Assembly (NCBI GenBank): GCA_963820825.1
Contig: CAWGBN010000001.1
Location: 1-64,000 of the forward strand
Direction of reading: 5' to 3'
Length of the DNA stretch: 64,000 nt
From: Vulcanimicrobiota bacterium
GTDB taxonomy: Bacteria > Vulcanimicrobiota > Vulcanimicrobiia > Vulcanimicrobiales > Vulcanimicrobiaceae
In this document: in pieces, positions 1-9,972 of the stretch
How the letters are laid out: every line of letters begins with the position of its first letter
Position numbering within the stretch: the stretch's first letter is position 1
Made by a program: the position numbers and the translations under genes
Notes under the pieces: model-generated
What the model was told of the DNA's origin: nothing
Database searches by the model: none
The model's input: only the letters and a program-made list of their open reading frames with translations

Positions 1-188
1 TCGCAGATGTCACCGCGCCAACGCTCGTGCTGCACGGCACCGAGGATGTCATCACCCCGTACGAGAACGCGCGCATCCTCGCGCGCCAGATTCCCGGTGC
101 GACGCTGCGGCCCTTCGACGGCTGCGGGCACCTGTTCTTGCACGAGCGTCCCGCTGAAACCGCTCGTGTCATCGATGAGTTCGCCTAG
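1..188 (+). CDS. alpha/beta hydrolase, C-terminal fragment (5' end outside window)
   Basis: Frame 3 reads ADVTAPTLVLHGTEDVITPYENARILARQIPGATLRPFDGCGHLFLHERP..., carrying the PTLVLHGxxD and GH motifs of the hydrolase acid and His residues; stop at 186-188. Confidence 0.8.
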   Translation, partial: ADVTAPTLVLHGTEDVITPYENARILARQIPGATLRPFDGCGHLFLHERPAETARVIDEFA

Positions 189-760
189 CCGCTCTTCGGG
201 ATCTTCTGGAAGGTGCCGATGGGCGATGTGATGGTCGTGCCTTTCAGCGTGAACTTGAGGATCGAGTTCTCGGGGTATTTCGGGTCGCTCGAACCGCGGA
301 CGTTGCACGTGGCGACTGCGACGCCGGCCGTGGTGGCCACCTGCGTGAACTGCAGCTTCAGCTGACCTCCGGGGATGGGCTCGGGCTCACGCTGTCGTCG
401 TCGCAGCACGGCATCGGCGCAGGCGACGCGGAGCTGCAGAGCACGCCGATGAAGTACGTCGCGTTGCCGGACCCGTCACTGCTCACCTCGAGAGTTCGTG
501 TTCGTTCCTTTCCAGTCACCGGTGAACGGTCCCGGGCTCGAAGGGCGCCGCTCGATGGAGGTGGTCGGCCGAGGCGGAGCGGTCCTCTGCGGCTGGGTCG
601 GCGCGGGAGTGCTCGTCGGTGTCGAGGCGGCGGATGGCGTCGATGAGCCGGTGGACGCCTCGGCGGTGACCCCGGTGGTAGCGGTGCCGCCGCACGCGGC
701 CAGGAACGCGACCGTGAGCGGCAGCGTGAGCAGGGCGCCCGCGCGCGTCGTGATTGCCAT
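185..760 (-). CDS. putative lipoprotein with S/T/P-rich linker, frameshifted
   Basis: ATG at 760 after GGGAGG; signal peptide and lipobox FLAAC; first frame stops at 476 and a plausible C-terminus continues in ORF 185..409. Confidence 0.55.
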
Positions 761-853
761 GGAGCCTCCCTCGATTGCGACAGCGTGCAGCGGCGATGGA
801 GCCGCAGGGGTGCAGGGTACTGAACTCCCGCGACGCATGTGCGCGGTGTTCCG

Positions 854-2489
854 TCAGCCCTCGTCGGTGACGTCGTCGTCGGACGCGTCGGCGTCCTCGT
901 CGAGCTCGGGCTCGTGATGGCCGGCGTGCTCGGCGACGGCGGCGCGGACGGGCACGAGCTGCGCGGGCGCGGTGGCCATCGCCGTCGTCTCGCGGATCAC
1001 CGTCACCTTGATGACGCCGGGATACTGCATCTCCGACTCGATCTCCCGGGCGATCTCGGCGGAGAGCGGCGGCATGTCCGTGTCCTTGATCTGTGACGCT
1101 TTCACGAACACGCGCAGCTCCCTGCCGGCCTGGAGCGGGAATGCACGGTCGACACCGCCATGACGAGTTGCGATGGTCTGCAGTTGCTTCAGGCGCAGGG
1201 CACGATACGTGGCCAGCGTGTCGCGCCGCGCACCCGGCCGCGATGCGGAGATCGCGTCCGCGCAGATGGTCAGCTTGGCCAGGTCCGTCGAGGGTTCCTC
1301 GTCGAAGTGATGGGCCTTCACGGCGTGCACGATGCCTGCGTCGACACCGAGGACACGGAGCAGCTCGCCGCCGATGATCGCGTGCACACCTTCGACGTCG
1401 TGGTCGACCGCCTTGCCGATGTCGTGCAGCATCCCGGCCTCGCGAGCGGTGCTCTGCGGCAGACCGAGCTCGGCGGCGATCACGCCGCACAGATGGCCCG
1501 TCTCCTGGCAGTGCAGAAGCGCGTTCTGGCCATACGAGAAGCGGTGGTGCAGCGTGCCGACGAGCTCGGCGAGCTCCGGGCGTCCTTCTATCTGCATGAG
1601 CCACAGGGTTCGCTCGCCGACCTCCATGACCTTCCGCTGCGTCGAGCGCCGTGTCTTCTGGATGAGCGGCGGAACCTCGGACGCCTGGATGCGCCGATCG
1701 ACGACCTCGGTCGAGGGCGGCCTGGCGCGCGATCTCGCGCCCGATCGGGTCAACGGTCCGGAGCGTCGCCTGGTGCTTCTCGGCGTCAATCCCGAGCTCG
1801 GCCCCGGTTTGCTCGGCGATGACAGCGAGCGCCGAGAGAACCCGCTCCTGCGCATGGTCGTCCAGCCCTTCGAGGGAGAAGGGCGAGATGCGCGGCGCGT
1901 TGTCGACGTTCGATGCGTCCTGACGCTCCACGGCCTGGAGGATCAGGTCGTTCGCGCTCGTCTCGACCCGCTCGCCGATGATCTCGGCCACCGTGGCCTC
2001 GACGAGCGCGGCGCGTTCGGCCACGAGCTCCGACCCCACGCGATCGAGGACGAGCACCGCAGCCGCGTCACGATCGAGTGCGGCTTTTGCGCGAAGGATC
2101 GCTGCGATCTCCTGGCGCTGCTCGGCGACGGTGACGCGGCGTTCCTCGATCTCGTCTCGCCGCTTCCGATACGCGAAACGGCGCTCATCGAACACCTCAC
2201 GCCGCTCACGGAGGTGCTTGTGGCGCTCGGCGATGACCGCCTCGCGACTTTCCACCGAAGCGAGCCGCTCCGCGACCTCCTCCATCGCAGCTTCGTGCGA
2301 GTGGAGCGCGGCCGTTCGCGCCTCGGCCACCACGGCGGCGGCCTGCTGGTTCGCATCGGCAAGGCTCTGGCTCATCGCCGGCATGACCGGCGGCGACGGC
2401 GTCTTCCCGCGGGCGCCGATCACAAGCGCGGCGATGCCGGCAGCTGCCAGCAGGGCAGCGATCACGATCAGGACGATTGCGGTGTTCAT
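854..2489 (-). CDS. rny: ribonuclease Y-like protein (TM, coiled coil, degenerate KH, HD domain), frameshift near 1710
   Basis: N-terminal TM helix and coiled coil in ORF ..2489; RFSYGQN, LHDIGKA, HAIIG, ADAISASRPGAR, QAGRELRV and YPGVIKVTVIRE in ORF 854..1855. Confidence 0.85.
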
Positions 2490-2512
2490 ATGAGGAAGGG
2501 GCGGCCGGGTGC

Positions 2513-3426
2513 TCAGGCGCTGACCGGGAGGTCGAAGGGTTCACTGGCCTCGGCGATCAGGCGCTGGGCAAAGAGATTGGCGGCCGGTGGAAGGATTCGC
2601 CGCCGATCCCAGCAGAGGGCCATGGTACGCGCGATCGGTGGGTCACGAAGCGGGATGACCGCCACCCGCGTGCTCGGAACAGGGAGCGGCATCGGCATGA
2701 GCGTCGTTCCGAGGCCGGCTTCCACGAGGCCCTGCACGATGGTGAAATCGTCGCCTTCATACGCGACGTGGGTGGTGAGGCCCTGCGCGGCGAATGCAGC
2801 ATCGATGACCCGTCGGAGCCCGCTGCGCGAGCGGGGAAGGATCAGCGGCTCTCCGGCCACGTCCTCGAGGGTGACGGAGCTCCGCCCGACGAGACGATGG
2901 TTGACCGGGACGACCACGGCCACGCGCTCGCGGAACAGCGGATGGATCTCGAGATCGACGACGCCCGTGGGGGCGGCCCGAGGATGCCGAGGTCGTAATC
3001 GCCGCCGAGGACACCGCTCATCACCTCTGCGGTCGTGCCCTCCTTGAGGGTGAACCGCACCGCCGGGTAGCTCTCAAGGAAGCGGGCAAGGCGCTCGGGG
3101 AGCCAGCGGGCGCCGACCGTATGCAGGAAGGCGACGCAGACGCGTCCGCTCTCTGCCGCAACAGCGCCCTCGGCCTCGGCGATCGCATCGCGAAGGTCGT
3201 CGAGGATGCGCTCTGCGCGGCTGACGAGCCGCCGCCCGGCCTGGGTCAAACGGATGTTCCTGCCGATGCGCTCGAAGAGCTGGACGCCGACCTCCTGTTC
3301 GAGGCGGGCAATCTTCCGAGAGACGGTTGATTGATCCGCTTGCAGCGCTTCGGCCGCTCTACCGAGATGTTCTACCTTCGCAACCTCGACAAATGTGCGT
3401 AGAAGGTCGGCATTGATGCGATCCAT
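2513..3426 (-). CDS. LysR family transcriptional regulator, frameshift near 2970
   Basis: HTH LRTFVEVA..RAAEAL..QSTVSRKIARLEQEVGVQLFER in ORF ..3426; substrate-binding C-terminus (LVEAGLGTTLMP) in ORF 2513..2923. Confidence 0.9.
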
Positions 3427-3434
3427 GCATCAAT
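3412..3434. promoter_or_regulatory. LysR recognition box (T-N11-A inverted repeat)
   Basis: ATTGATGC-N7-GCATCAAT perfect 8-bp inverted repeat overlapping the LysR start codon. Confidence 0.65.
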
Positions 3435-3446
3435 CTCACCCTAAAT

Positions 3447-3971
3447 GTGCTGTTGATGTCAACGACCCCAGCCGGTACGCTAGACGCCGTGATAAGAGAA
3501 CCCGTGGTACTGGAGCGTGGTCAGGTAGTCGACCCGGGGCTTCTCATCGGGAGCGCCACTGAAGAAGTGCATGCCGCTCGCCGCCGTCATCGTCGCGAGG
3601 TAGTCGAGCGTACTGCACTCCGCCGGCTGGTTGAACGGGTCGACAGCGCCATCGAGCTCTGCGAGGAAACCCACCTCCAGGGCATCAAGGAAGTCCCACC
3701 CGACGTCGCCGAACGGGCGCGGAAGGTGTTCGTCTTCGCAAAAGGAGCCGTCCGCAAGACAGGCGACGTCGATGCGATGTCCACCGTCGAGACTGCCCTG
3801 GCGCGCCGTCAGGTCAAGATCACCGAGGTGATGGACATCCTCTGGACGATCCAGGAGGTCGTCTTCGACCTGATGCTCCCGTGGCGGACTCAGCTTCCTG
3901 AGGATGTCGAGCCCGAGGGCGACGAGGCTTCCCTGGTCGGTTTCTGGAGAGAGTTCCGCCTCCACCCCTGA
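3447..3971 (+). CDS. hypothetical protein divergent from LysR
   Basis: 174-aa ORF with protein-like composition filling the gap; no motif recognised; start uncertain. Confidence 0.65.
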   Translation: MLLMSTTPAGTLDAVIREPVVLERGQVVDPGLLIGSATEEVHAARRRHRREVVERTALRRLVERVDSAIELCEETHLQGIKEVPPDVAERARKVFVFAKGAVRKTGDVDAMSTVETALARRQVKITEVMDILWTIQEVVFDLMLPWRTQLPEDVEPEGDEASLVGFWREFRLHP

Positions 3972-3982
3972 CGGCGTTGGGG

Positions 3983-4147
3983 CGGCGTGATGCCGCGTCA
4001 ACTTGCGCTCCTCAGTCGGTCACGCCACGACGGGATTCAGTCGGCGTGATACGTCGTCGGCTTGCGCTCCTCATTCGGTCACGCACTTCAGTGCGCTCCC
4101 TACCGGCGGTGCGCGCCTCCTAGTCTGACGCTCGCCTCAATCCCGTC
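3983..4147. repeat. structured inverted-repeat element (family A) 4029..4147 preceded by a partial copy 3983..4025
   Basis: Terminal GACGGGATT/AATCCCGTC; imperfect ~43-bp direct repeat at 59-bp offset (CTTGCGCTCCTCAkTCGGTCACGC at 4002 and 4061). Confidence 0.7.
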
Positions 4148-4171
4148 TCGGTCGGTGTCGGCCACAATCGC

Positions 4172-5474
4172 GTGATGCCAAATCACGTCGCCGTCGACCG
4201 GATGATCGTCACGCCGCATCGGATCAGCGTCCCGGTTGACTGGAACGAGCCGTCCGGTCCGCAGATCAGCGTGCATGCGCGTGAGGTCGTCGCGACCGAG
4301 AAGGCGGGCGACCCGAACCTCCCGCCGATCGTCTGGTTCCAGGGAGGCCCCGGTCACGAGGTCGCGTTCCCGGACCATCGGGGGAGCTGGCTCGAGCAGC
4401 TGCTGACCCGTTATCGCGTGCTCCTGCTCGATCAGCGTGGGACTGGCTTGAGCACGCCGTTGGACGCGCGAGCGCTGCCGTTCGCTGACCCCGACGCGTG
4501 CGCCGCCTACCTGCGTAACTTCCGGCAGGAACTCGATCATTCGTGACGCCGACCGGCTTCGCGCGACGCTGTACGGCGAGGACTCGGACTGGTACCTGTT
4601 CGGCCAGAGCTTCGGTGGCTTCTGCTCGCTCACCTACCTCTCGCAGCTGCCAGAGCATCTGCTCGGCGTGATCATCACGGGCGGTTTTGCTCCCGTGCTG
4701 CATGAGACCGACGAAATCTGCACCCGGCTCTTCAACCATGTCGCGACCCGCAACGCCGACTACTACGCGCGCTTTCCCATGGACCTGGGACGGGTGCGAC
4801 GCATCGTCGATTACCTCGAGACGAACAACGAAGTCGACGGACATGGGCAGCATGTCAGCGCGCGTCGATTCCTCATGCTCGGCGTGAAGCTCGGTCTCCA
4901 ACATGGCGCTGCGGAGCTGCACGGCATCGTGGAGCGCGCTGACAACGATCTCGAGCAGCTCGGGATGTTGAGCGGCGTGGTGCACGAGCACGTTGCCGAC
5001 GTGATGTCACCGGCGACGAATCCGATCTACACCGTGCTCCACGAGGCCGCATACTCCAACGGTCCCGCCACCCGCTGGGCTGCCGAGCGCGCACGGCAGA
5101 TCGATGCGCGCTATGACCTCGATGCGCAGCCCGCGCCGTGTTTCACCGGCGAGGCGGTGTTCCCGTGGATGCTCGAGGAATTGCCGCCGCTGCAACCACT
5201 GCGCGAAGTCGCGGACGCTCTTGCCGAGTACGAGGGATGGGCACCGCTCTACGACATCGACAAGCTGCGCGCCAACAAGGTGCCTGTCGTCGGCACTCTG
5301 TACTGGGACGACGAGTATGTCGAGCGCAACATGGCGCTCAAGACAGTGTCACTGGTGGGCAATTGCCGGCCGTGGATCACCAACGAGTACGAGCACGGCG
5401 GGTACCGGGTCGACCCGCAGCGCGTCGGTGCACGCCTCTTCTCGATGCTGGACGACCTGACAGCGCGCGGCTAA
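4172..5474 (+). CDS. proline iminopeptidase-like alpha/beta hydrolase, frameshift near 4530
   Basis: FQGGPG, LLDQRGTGLSTP, nucleophile GQSFGG in the second frame, FTGEAVFPWM and WITNEYEHGG. Confidence 0.85.
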
Positions 5475-5594
5475 GGCCGCGTCAGATTGTTACAGGACAG
5501 GTGCCGGTCGTCGGTCTGCACAAAGGCTTCATGGTGTCTACTTGGCACGGACGCACAGGCGTCGACCCCGTAGCACCCGACCGACATTGGCAGG

Positions 5595-6055
5595 ATGGAA
5601 GTGAAACACGCAGCACTTGTCGCTTCTCGCGAGCTTTTGTGTGTGCTCCGTTCTCGGTGCGTGTGGCGTGGCTGCCGGCGCCCCGCCGGCTGTGGCAGGA
5701 ACCGCAACCCCCTATCCGGACGCGAACCTTTCGGCTCGACCCTGCATCATCCAGACGCTGGGCCTTCTCGACTCTGAAGGATCTGCCGCAGGGGCTCACA
5801 CCGGCTGGCCCGCCAGAGAGTTCCGTCGGCCCCCGCAGCCTGCTTGACAACGCGACCGACGGGTCCAGTGGGCATGCCGATCAGTACTTTCAGAAGAACG
5901 GAGGGGTGGGCGCGCTTTCGCAATTCGCGGAGGAGGTCACCGACTACGGCACCGTCGCGTCGGCGAAGCGATGGATGCTCGGACAGAAGGTTTCGAATCA
6001 GCCGAATGACATCCCCATGTATGGCAACGGCGTCGAGGTCACTCCGGAAATTCCC
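5595..6055 (+). CDS. probable lipoprotein, frameshifted and truncated at the junction
   Basis: Lipobox-like VLGAC in ORF 5617..5847; protein-like sequence continues in another frame (LKDLPQGLTPAG...) up to the RND gene remnant. Confidence 0.35.
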
Positions 6056-6450
6056 GTGATGACGGTGGGCGGAGTCAGATTCGTCGGCAGATACTTCTCC
6101 GCCGCCTGAATTGCTTTGTTCGTCAGTGCGAGATCGGTCGCCGTATCGGAACTGATGTCGAAGATCGCACTGATCGACGCTTGGCCTTGTTGCACCACCG
6201 AGTTGATCGTCTGCAGGTCGGCCGTACCCGCGAGGCTCTGCTCGATCGGCTGCACGATGTTGTCGCGCATCTCGGTGACCGAGGCGCCGCTGTACCCCAC
6301 CTGGATCGTGACCGTGGGCTGCGAAACGTCGGGATAGAGCTGCTTGACGATCGTCGCCGTGGAGAGGACGCCCGCGAACGTCATCAGCACGACGATGACG
6401 AAGACGAGCGTGGGCCGGTTGATGAAGAGCCTGGTTAGGCTAAACTTCAC
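6055..6450 (-). CDS. RND efflux permease (AcrB family), only the N-terminal ~130 aa present
   Basis: LFINRPTLVFV..LYPDVSQPTVTIQVGYSGAS..IVQPIEQSL..LPTNLTPP; family members are ~1000 aa. Confidence 0.85.
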
Positions 6451-7727
6451 TGCTGAAAGGAGACTTTCTCGCCGTCGCCGAGGCTCATTTGCCCGTTCTT
6501 GACGATGCGCGTTCCCGAGTTGATCCCGCTGACGACCGAGGTCGCTCCGTCGGTCCCGACTTCTGCGACCTTGACGGTCTTGATCGTATCGTCGGGTCCA
6601 ACGACCATCAGCGCATCGTGATTGTCGTCGGTGAATGCGGTCACGGGAACGCGAATGCCGCGCATCGGAAGCGCCGCGATCGATCCCTGGACGACCATTC
6701 CCGGCCGCAAGCGGTGTCCGCGATTGGTGAGCAAGACCTTTACCTGAAAATCCGTAGAGCCGGGATTGATCTGATTGAGCACCCCGGCCACGCGTCCCTG
6801 AAAACGCGCGCTCCCGGTGAGATCGGCCGCGACGATCGTGGCCGCCGCGTTGTTGACGATCCGCGCAACCTCTTCGCTCGACGCGTGGAGCACCGCATAG
6901 ATCGGATCGATCTGCTGCAGCGTGAAAATCTGGCGCGATCCGGGATATTCACCGGGATTGAAATTCCGGTTTACGACGACGCCGTCGATTGGCGAAACGA
7001 TCGCGGCCTTGGCAATTTGCACGCGCACCTGCTGCGCTTGCGCGATGGCGACCTGCTCTTGCGCTGCCGATTGCTGAACCGCCGCGGATTGTAGGCCCTG
7101 GCCCGAGAGCGTCCCGTTTGCCTGCACCGTCGACCGCGCGGACGCGAGATTTGCCTGGGTCGATCCGAGCGCCTGTTGATCGTTCTTCACCAGCGTCGCT
7201 TGTGCGTCGACGGCCTGCTGCGAGACGTAGCCCTGCGCGAGCAGATTTTCATCGCGCGAAAGGTTGTGCCGGTCGTTGCTCAACGTCTCTTCGGCTTGCC
7301 GCACCGCCGCCTCGTCGGTCCGCAGCGTGTCTTGGCCTTGCGCGATGTTCAGCGAACCTTGATAGGTGGCGTGTTCGGTGTTGGCATGATTGCTGTTCGC
7401 GGTCGCGAGATCTGCCTGCAGCTGAGCCTGCAGATCGGAGGTGTCGAGCTGGGCCAGGAGCTGACCCGCGCGGACGCTATCCCCTTCCCGCACGTAAACC
7501 GCGTCGGCCGGCTCGGCGAGGGTACTTTGAATGGCCACGTTCTGATAGGGTGCGATGACGCCCGCAAGCTGCCGGGCGGGCTCGATCGCGCCAAAGCTGG
7601 TGATTGCGGTGTCGACGAAGGGGGCCGGGCTCTCGCGCGCGGCCGGCCGGCCGCCGCAGCCGCCGGCGGCTAGGATAGCGCAGAGCGCAACGAAGAGTTG
7701 CCGTAAGGGCCGTTCCCTGCCTGACAT
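6447..7727 (-). CDS. RND periplasmic adaptor subunit (lipoprotein)
   Basis: Lipoprotein-like signal AAGGC; VYVREGDSVRAGQLLAQLD, coiled coil, IVSPIDGVV, LRPGM; start taken at ATG 7727. Confidence 0.9.
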   Translation of the reverse strand: MSGRERPLRQLFVALCAILAAGGCGGRPAARESPAPFVDTAITSFGAIEPARQLAGVIAPYQNVAIQSTLAEPADAVYVREGDSVRAGQLLAQLDTSDLQAQLQADLATANSNHANTEHATYQGSLNIAQGQDTLRTDEAAVRQAEETLSNDRHNLSRDENLLAQGYVSQQAVDAQATLVKNDQQALGSTQANLASARSTVQANGTLSGQGLQSAAVQQSAAQEQVAIAQAQQVRVQIAKAAIVSPIDGVVVNRNFNPGEYPGSRQIFTLQQIDPIYAVLHASSEEVARIVNNAAATIVAADLTGSARFQGRVAGVLNQINPGSTDFQVKVLLTNRGHRLRPGMVVQGSIAALPMRGIRVPVTAFTDDNHDALMVVGPDDTIKTVKVAEVGTDGATSVVSGINSGTRIVKNGQMSLGDGEKVSFQQ

Positions 7728-7770
7728 GGATGGTCCGATTGTAGCGAAAGCATGAGTTTTTAATCCTGGA

Positions 7771-8478
7771 GTGAGTCTGAGAATGGGCGGCATGGGAGAG
7801 CAGGCCCGCGTTCTGGTCGTCGACGACGAGCGGGGGCTGCGGGAACTCCTCGAGTACGGTTTGGAGCAAGCGGGCTTCTCCGTGCGCAGCGTGACCGAGG
7901 GATCGGCTGCGCTGCCGCTGCTGCAATCCTGGTTGCCGGATCTCATCGTGCTGGACGTGATGTTACCCGGGATGGATGGGTTTGCGCTTCTCCCCGAGAT
8001 TCGCCGGCTGACGACCGCTCCCGTGGTCATGCTGACCGCGCGAACCGAGATCGCCGAAAAGGTCGCCGGACTCACGGCCGGCGCCGACGACTACGTCGGC
8101 AAGCCTTTCGACATCGAAGAACTCGTCGCGCGACTGCGGACGCTGTTGCGCCGCCCACGAATCGAACAGCACGAGACCTTCCAGTATGCCGACCTGAGCA
8201 TCGACCCGGCCAGCAGAACCGTCTATCGGGGCAATCGCCGGATCGAGCTTTCGCCGCGCGAATTCGATCTGCTCCGCGTCTTCGCCGAACACGCCGAACA
8301 GGTCTTAACACGTTCTCAACTACTCGACATGGTCTGGGGAATCGACCGCGACGTGATCCCGAACACGGTCGAAACCTACGTCTCGTTCTTGCGCGCGAAG
8401 CTCGATAGCGGCGAGTCCGTCAAGCTGATCCAAACGCTGCGCGGTGCCGGCTACGCCTTACGGTCGACGCCGCCGTGA
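7771..8478 (+). CDS. OmpR/MprA-family response regulator
   Basis: VLVVDD, LDVMLPGMDG, GADDYVGKPF and winged helix IQTLRGAGY; true start may be 7783 or 7792. Confidence 0.95.
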   Translation: MSLRMGGMGEQARVLVVDDERGLRELLEYGLEQAGFSVRSVTEGSAALPLLQSWLPDLIVLDVMLPGMDGFALLPEIRRLTTAPVVMLTARTEIAEKVAGLTAGADDYVGKPFDIEELVARLRTLLRRPRIEQHETFQYADLSIDPASRTVYRGNRRIELSPREFDLLRVFAEHAEQVLTRSQLLDMVWGIDRDVIPNTVETYVSFLRAKLDSGESVKLIQTLRGAGYALRSTPP

Positions 8479-9869
8479 TGACGAAGCTCGCCCGGCGAAT
8501 TCAAAGCCTCGCCGCAATCGAGGTCTCGCTCGTGCTCGTCGCTGCGATCGTCGCCGGCGCGCTGCTCGCCTTCGGCTTCTACATTCGCACGCTCTCCAAC
8601 GAGCTGACCGGAACGATGACGCAGCTCGAAGCCTCGTTGGCCCGTCCCTCGCCGGCGGACGCTCGCGCGGGCGGCGCGTTCGCCGCTTCGCTTCTGCTCG
8701 GCACTGGCACGGAGATTATCTTTCTCGATGCCGGCACGCGGGTGACGGTCTTTCGGGCGCATCGCTCCGACGCACAGCCGGTCGTCGCGATCCGCCGGCG
8801 CGGCGACCTTTCGGGGGATCCGCACGTTTCGGGACCGATCGCTAACGTCATTCTCGGCCTAGCGACGGCCTTTGGCCTCCAACCGCTCTACTCGCACTTC
8901 GGGAATCTCTACGTCATCGTGCGCGCCAACAACGCGACGCTCGTTTCGACGATACGTACGTTCCTGATTCCATTGGCGATCGCACTGCTGCTGGCGATCG
9001 CTTGCGGCATTCTCATCGCGCGCGCGTTGACGCGTCAGGCACTTCTTCCGCTCGACGACGTCACCGCCGCGCTCCAGCGCTTCGCCGCCGGCGACCTGAC
9101 GCCGCAGCCGATCGCCGCCGACGAACGCCACGAGCTCGGCGCGCTCGCCGCCGCCTATAACGGCGCGATCGACCAGATGGAACGCGCCTTCGCCGCGCGG
9201 GATCGCGCGAATACCTCGATGCGGCAATTCATCGCCGACGCCGGACATCAGCTGCGCACGCCGCTCACCGTCGTGCAAGGCTTCATCGCCATCCTACGCC
9301 GCGGCGGTTTTGAGAATCCGGCGGATCGCGAACACATTCTCGATACGATGAACGATCAGAGCCGGATCATGGGCTCGCTGATCGACAAGCTCATTCTGCT
9401 CGAGCGTTGGGAGAGCCCGGAGGCCGCACCCGCCGCCGCGCCGATCGACGTCGGTACGCTCGTCGCGGATCTCGTCGGCCCGATTGCGGATGCGCATCCC
9501 GAACGCCGCTTCGAACTCTCGACGCCCTCGGGCATCCTCGCTGCGATCGATCCGACCGAGCTCGGTTACGTCGTAACGAACTTAACCGACAATGCGGTGA
9601 AGTACGGCGAGGGACCGATCGCCGTGCGCGTCCGCGCGCAAGACTCCACCGCGGTTATCGAAGTCGCCGATCGTGGCCCTGGAATACCGTCGACCGATGC
9701 CGCGCGCGTCTTCGACCGATTTTATCGCGGGACGCAGCGCGACGTTCCGGGTTCGGGGCTCGGCCTCGCAATCGTCAAGCGCGCGGTCGAGCGCGCGCAC
9801 GGCGCGATCAAACTCGACACGAGTCCAAACGGCTCGCGCTTCATCGTGCAGCTTCCCCTCGCATCGTAA
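8475..9869 (+). CDS. HAMP sensor histidine kinase
   Basis: Two TM segments, HAMP, H-box DAGHQLRTPLT, N-box NLTDNAVKY, DRGPGI, GSGLGLAIV. Confidence 0.95.
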   Translation: MMTKLARRIQSLAAIEVSLVLVAAIVAGALLAFGFYIRTLSNELTGTMTQLEASLARPSPADARAGGAFAASLLLGTGTEIIFLDAGTRVTVFRAHRSDAQPVVAIRRRGDLSGDPHVSGPIANVILGLATAFGLQPLYSHFGNLYVIVRANNATLVSTIRTFLIPLAIALLLAIACGILIARALTRQALLPLDDVTAALQRFAAGDLTPQPIAADERHELGALAAAYNGAIDQMERAFAARDRANTSMRQFIADAGHQLRTPLTVVQGFIAILRRGGFENPADREHILDTMNDQSRIMGSLIDKLILLERWESPEAAPAAAPIDVGTLVADLVGPIADAHPERRFELSTPSGILAAIDPTELGYVVTNLTDNAVKYGEGPIAVRVRAQDSTAVIEVADRGPGIPSTDAARVFDRFYRGTQRDVPGSGLGLAIVKRAVERAHGAIKLDTSPNGSRFIVQLPLAS

Positions 9870-9879
9870 AAAAGGACTT

Positions 9880-9967
9880 CGGAGAGGGTGAGATTCGAAC
9901 TCACGGAACGCTCAACACGTTCGCCCGCTTTCGAGGCGGGTGCCTTCAACCACTCGACCACCTCTCC
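9880..9967 (-). tRNA. tRNA-Ser(CGA)
   Basis: GGAGAGG acceptor stem, anticodon arm CCCGC-CT CGA AA-GCGGG, long variable arm, GTTCGAATC T loop. Confidence 0.95.
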
Positions 9968-9972
9968 GAGGC

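Noticed and set aside
854..5474. Programmed frameshifting in rny, LysR and the peptidase
   Set aside because: No shared slippery sequences, these families are not known for recoding, and the density fits sequencing error.
6447..8075. Long N-terminal extensions in ORF-track calls for the RND adaptor, pyrG, secY, leuC, GT4 and rplN
   Set aside because: The extensions overlap neighbouring genes; family-typical N-termini and RBS or overlap signals mark later starts.
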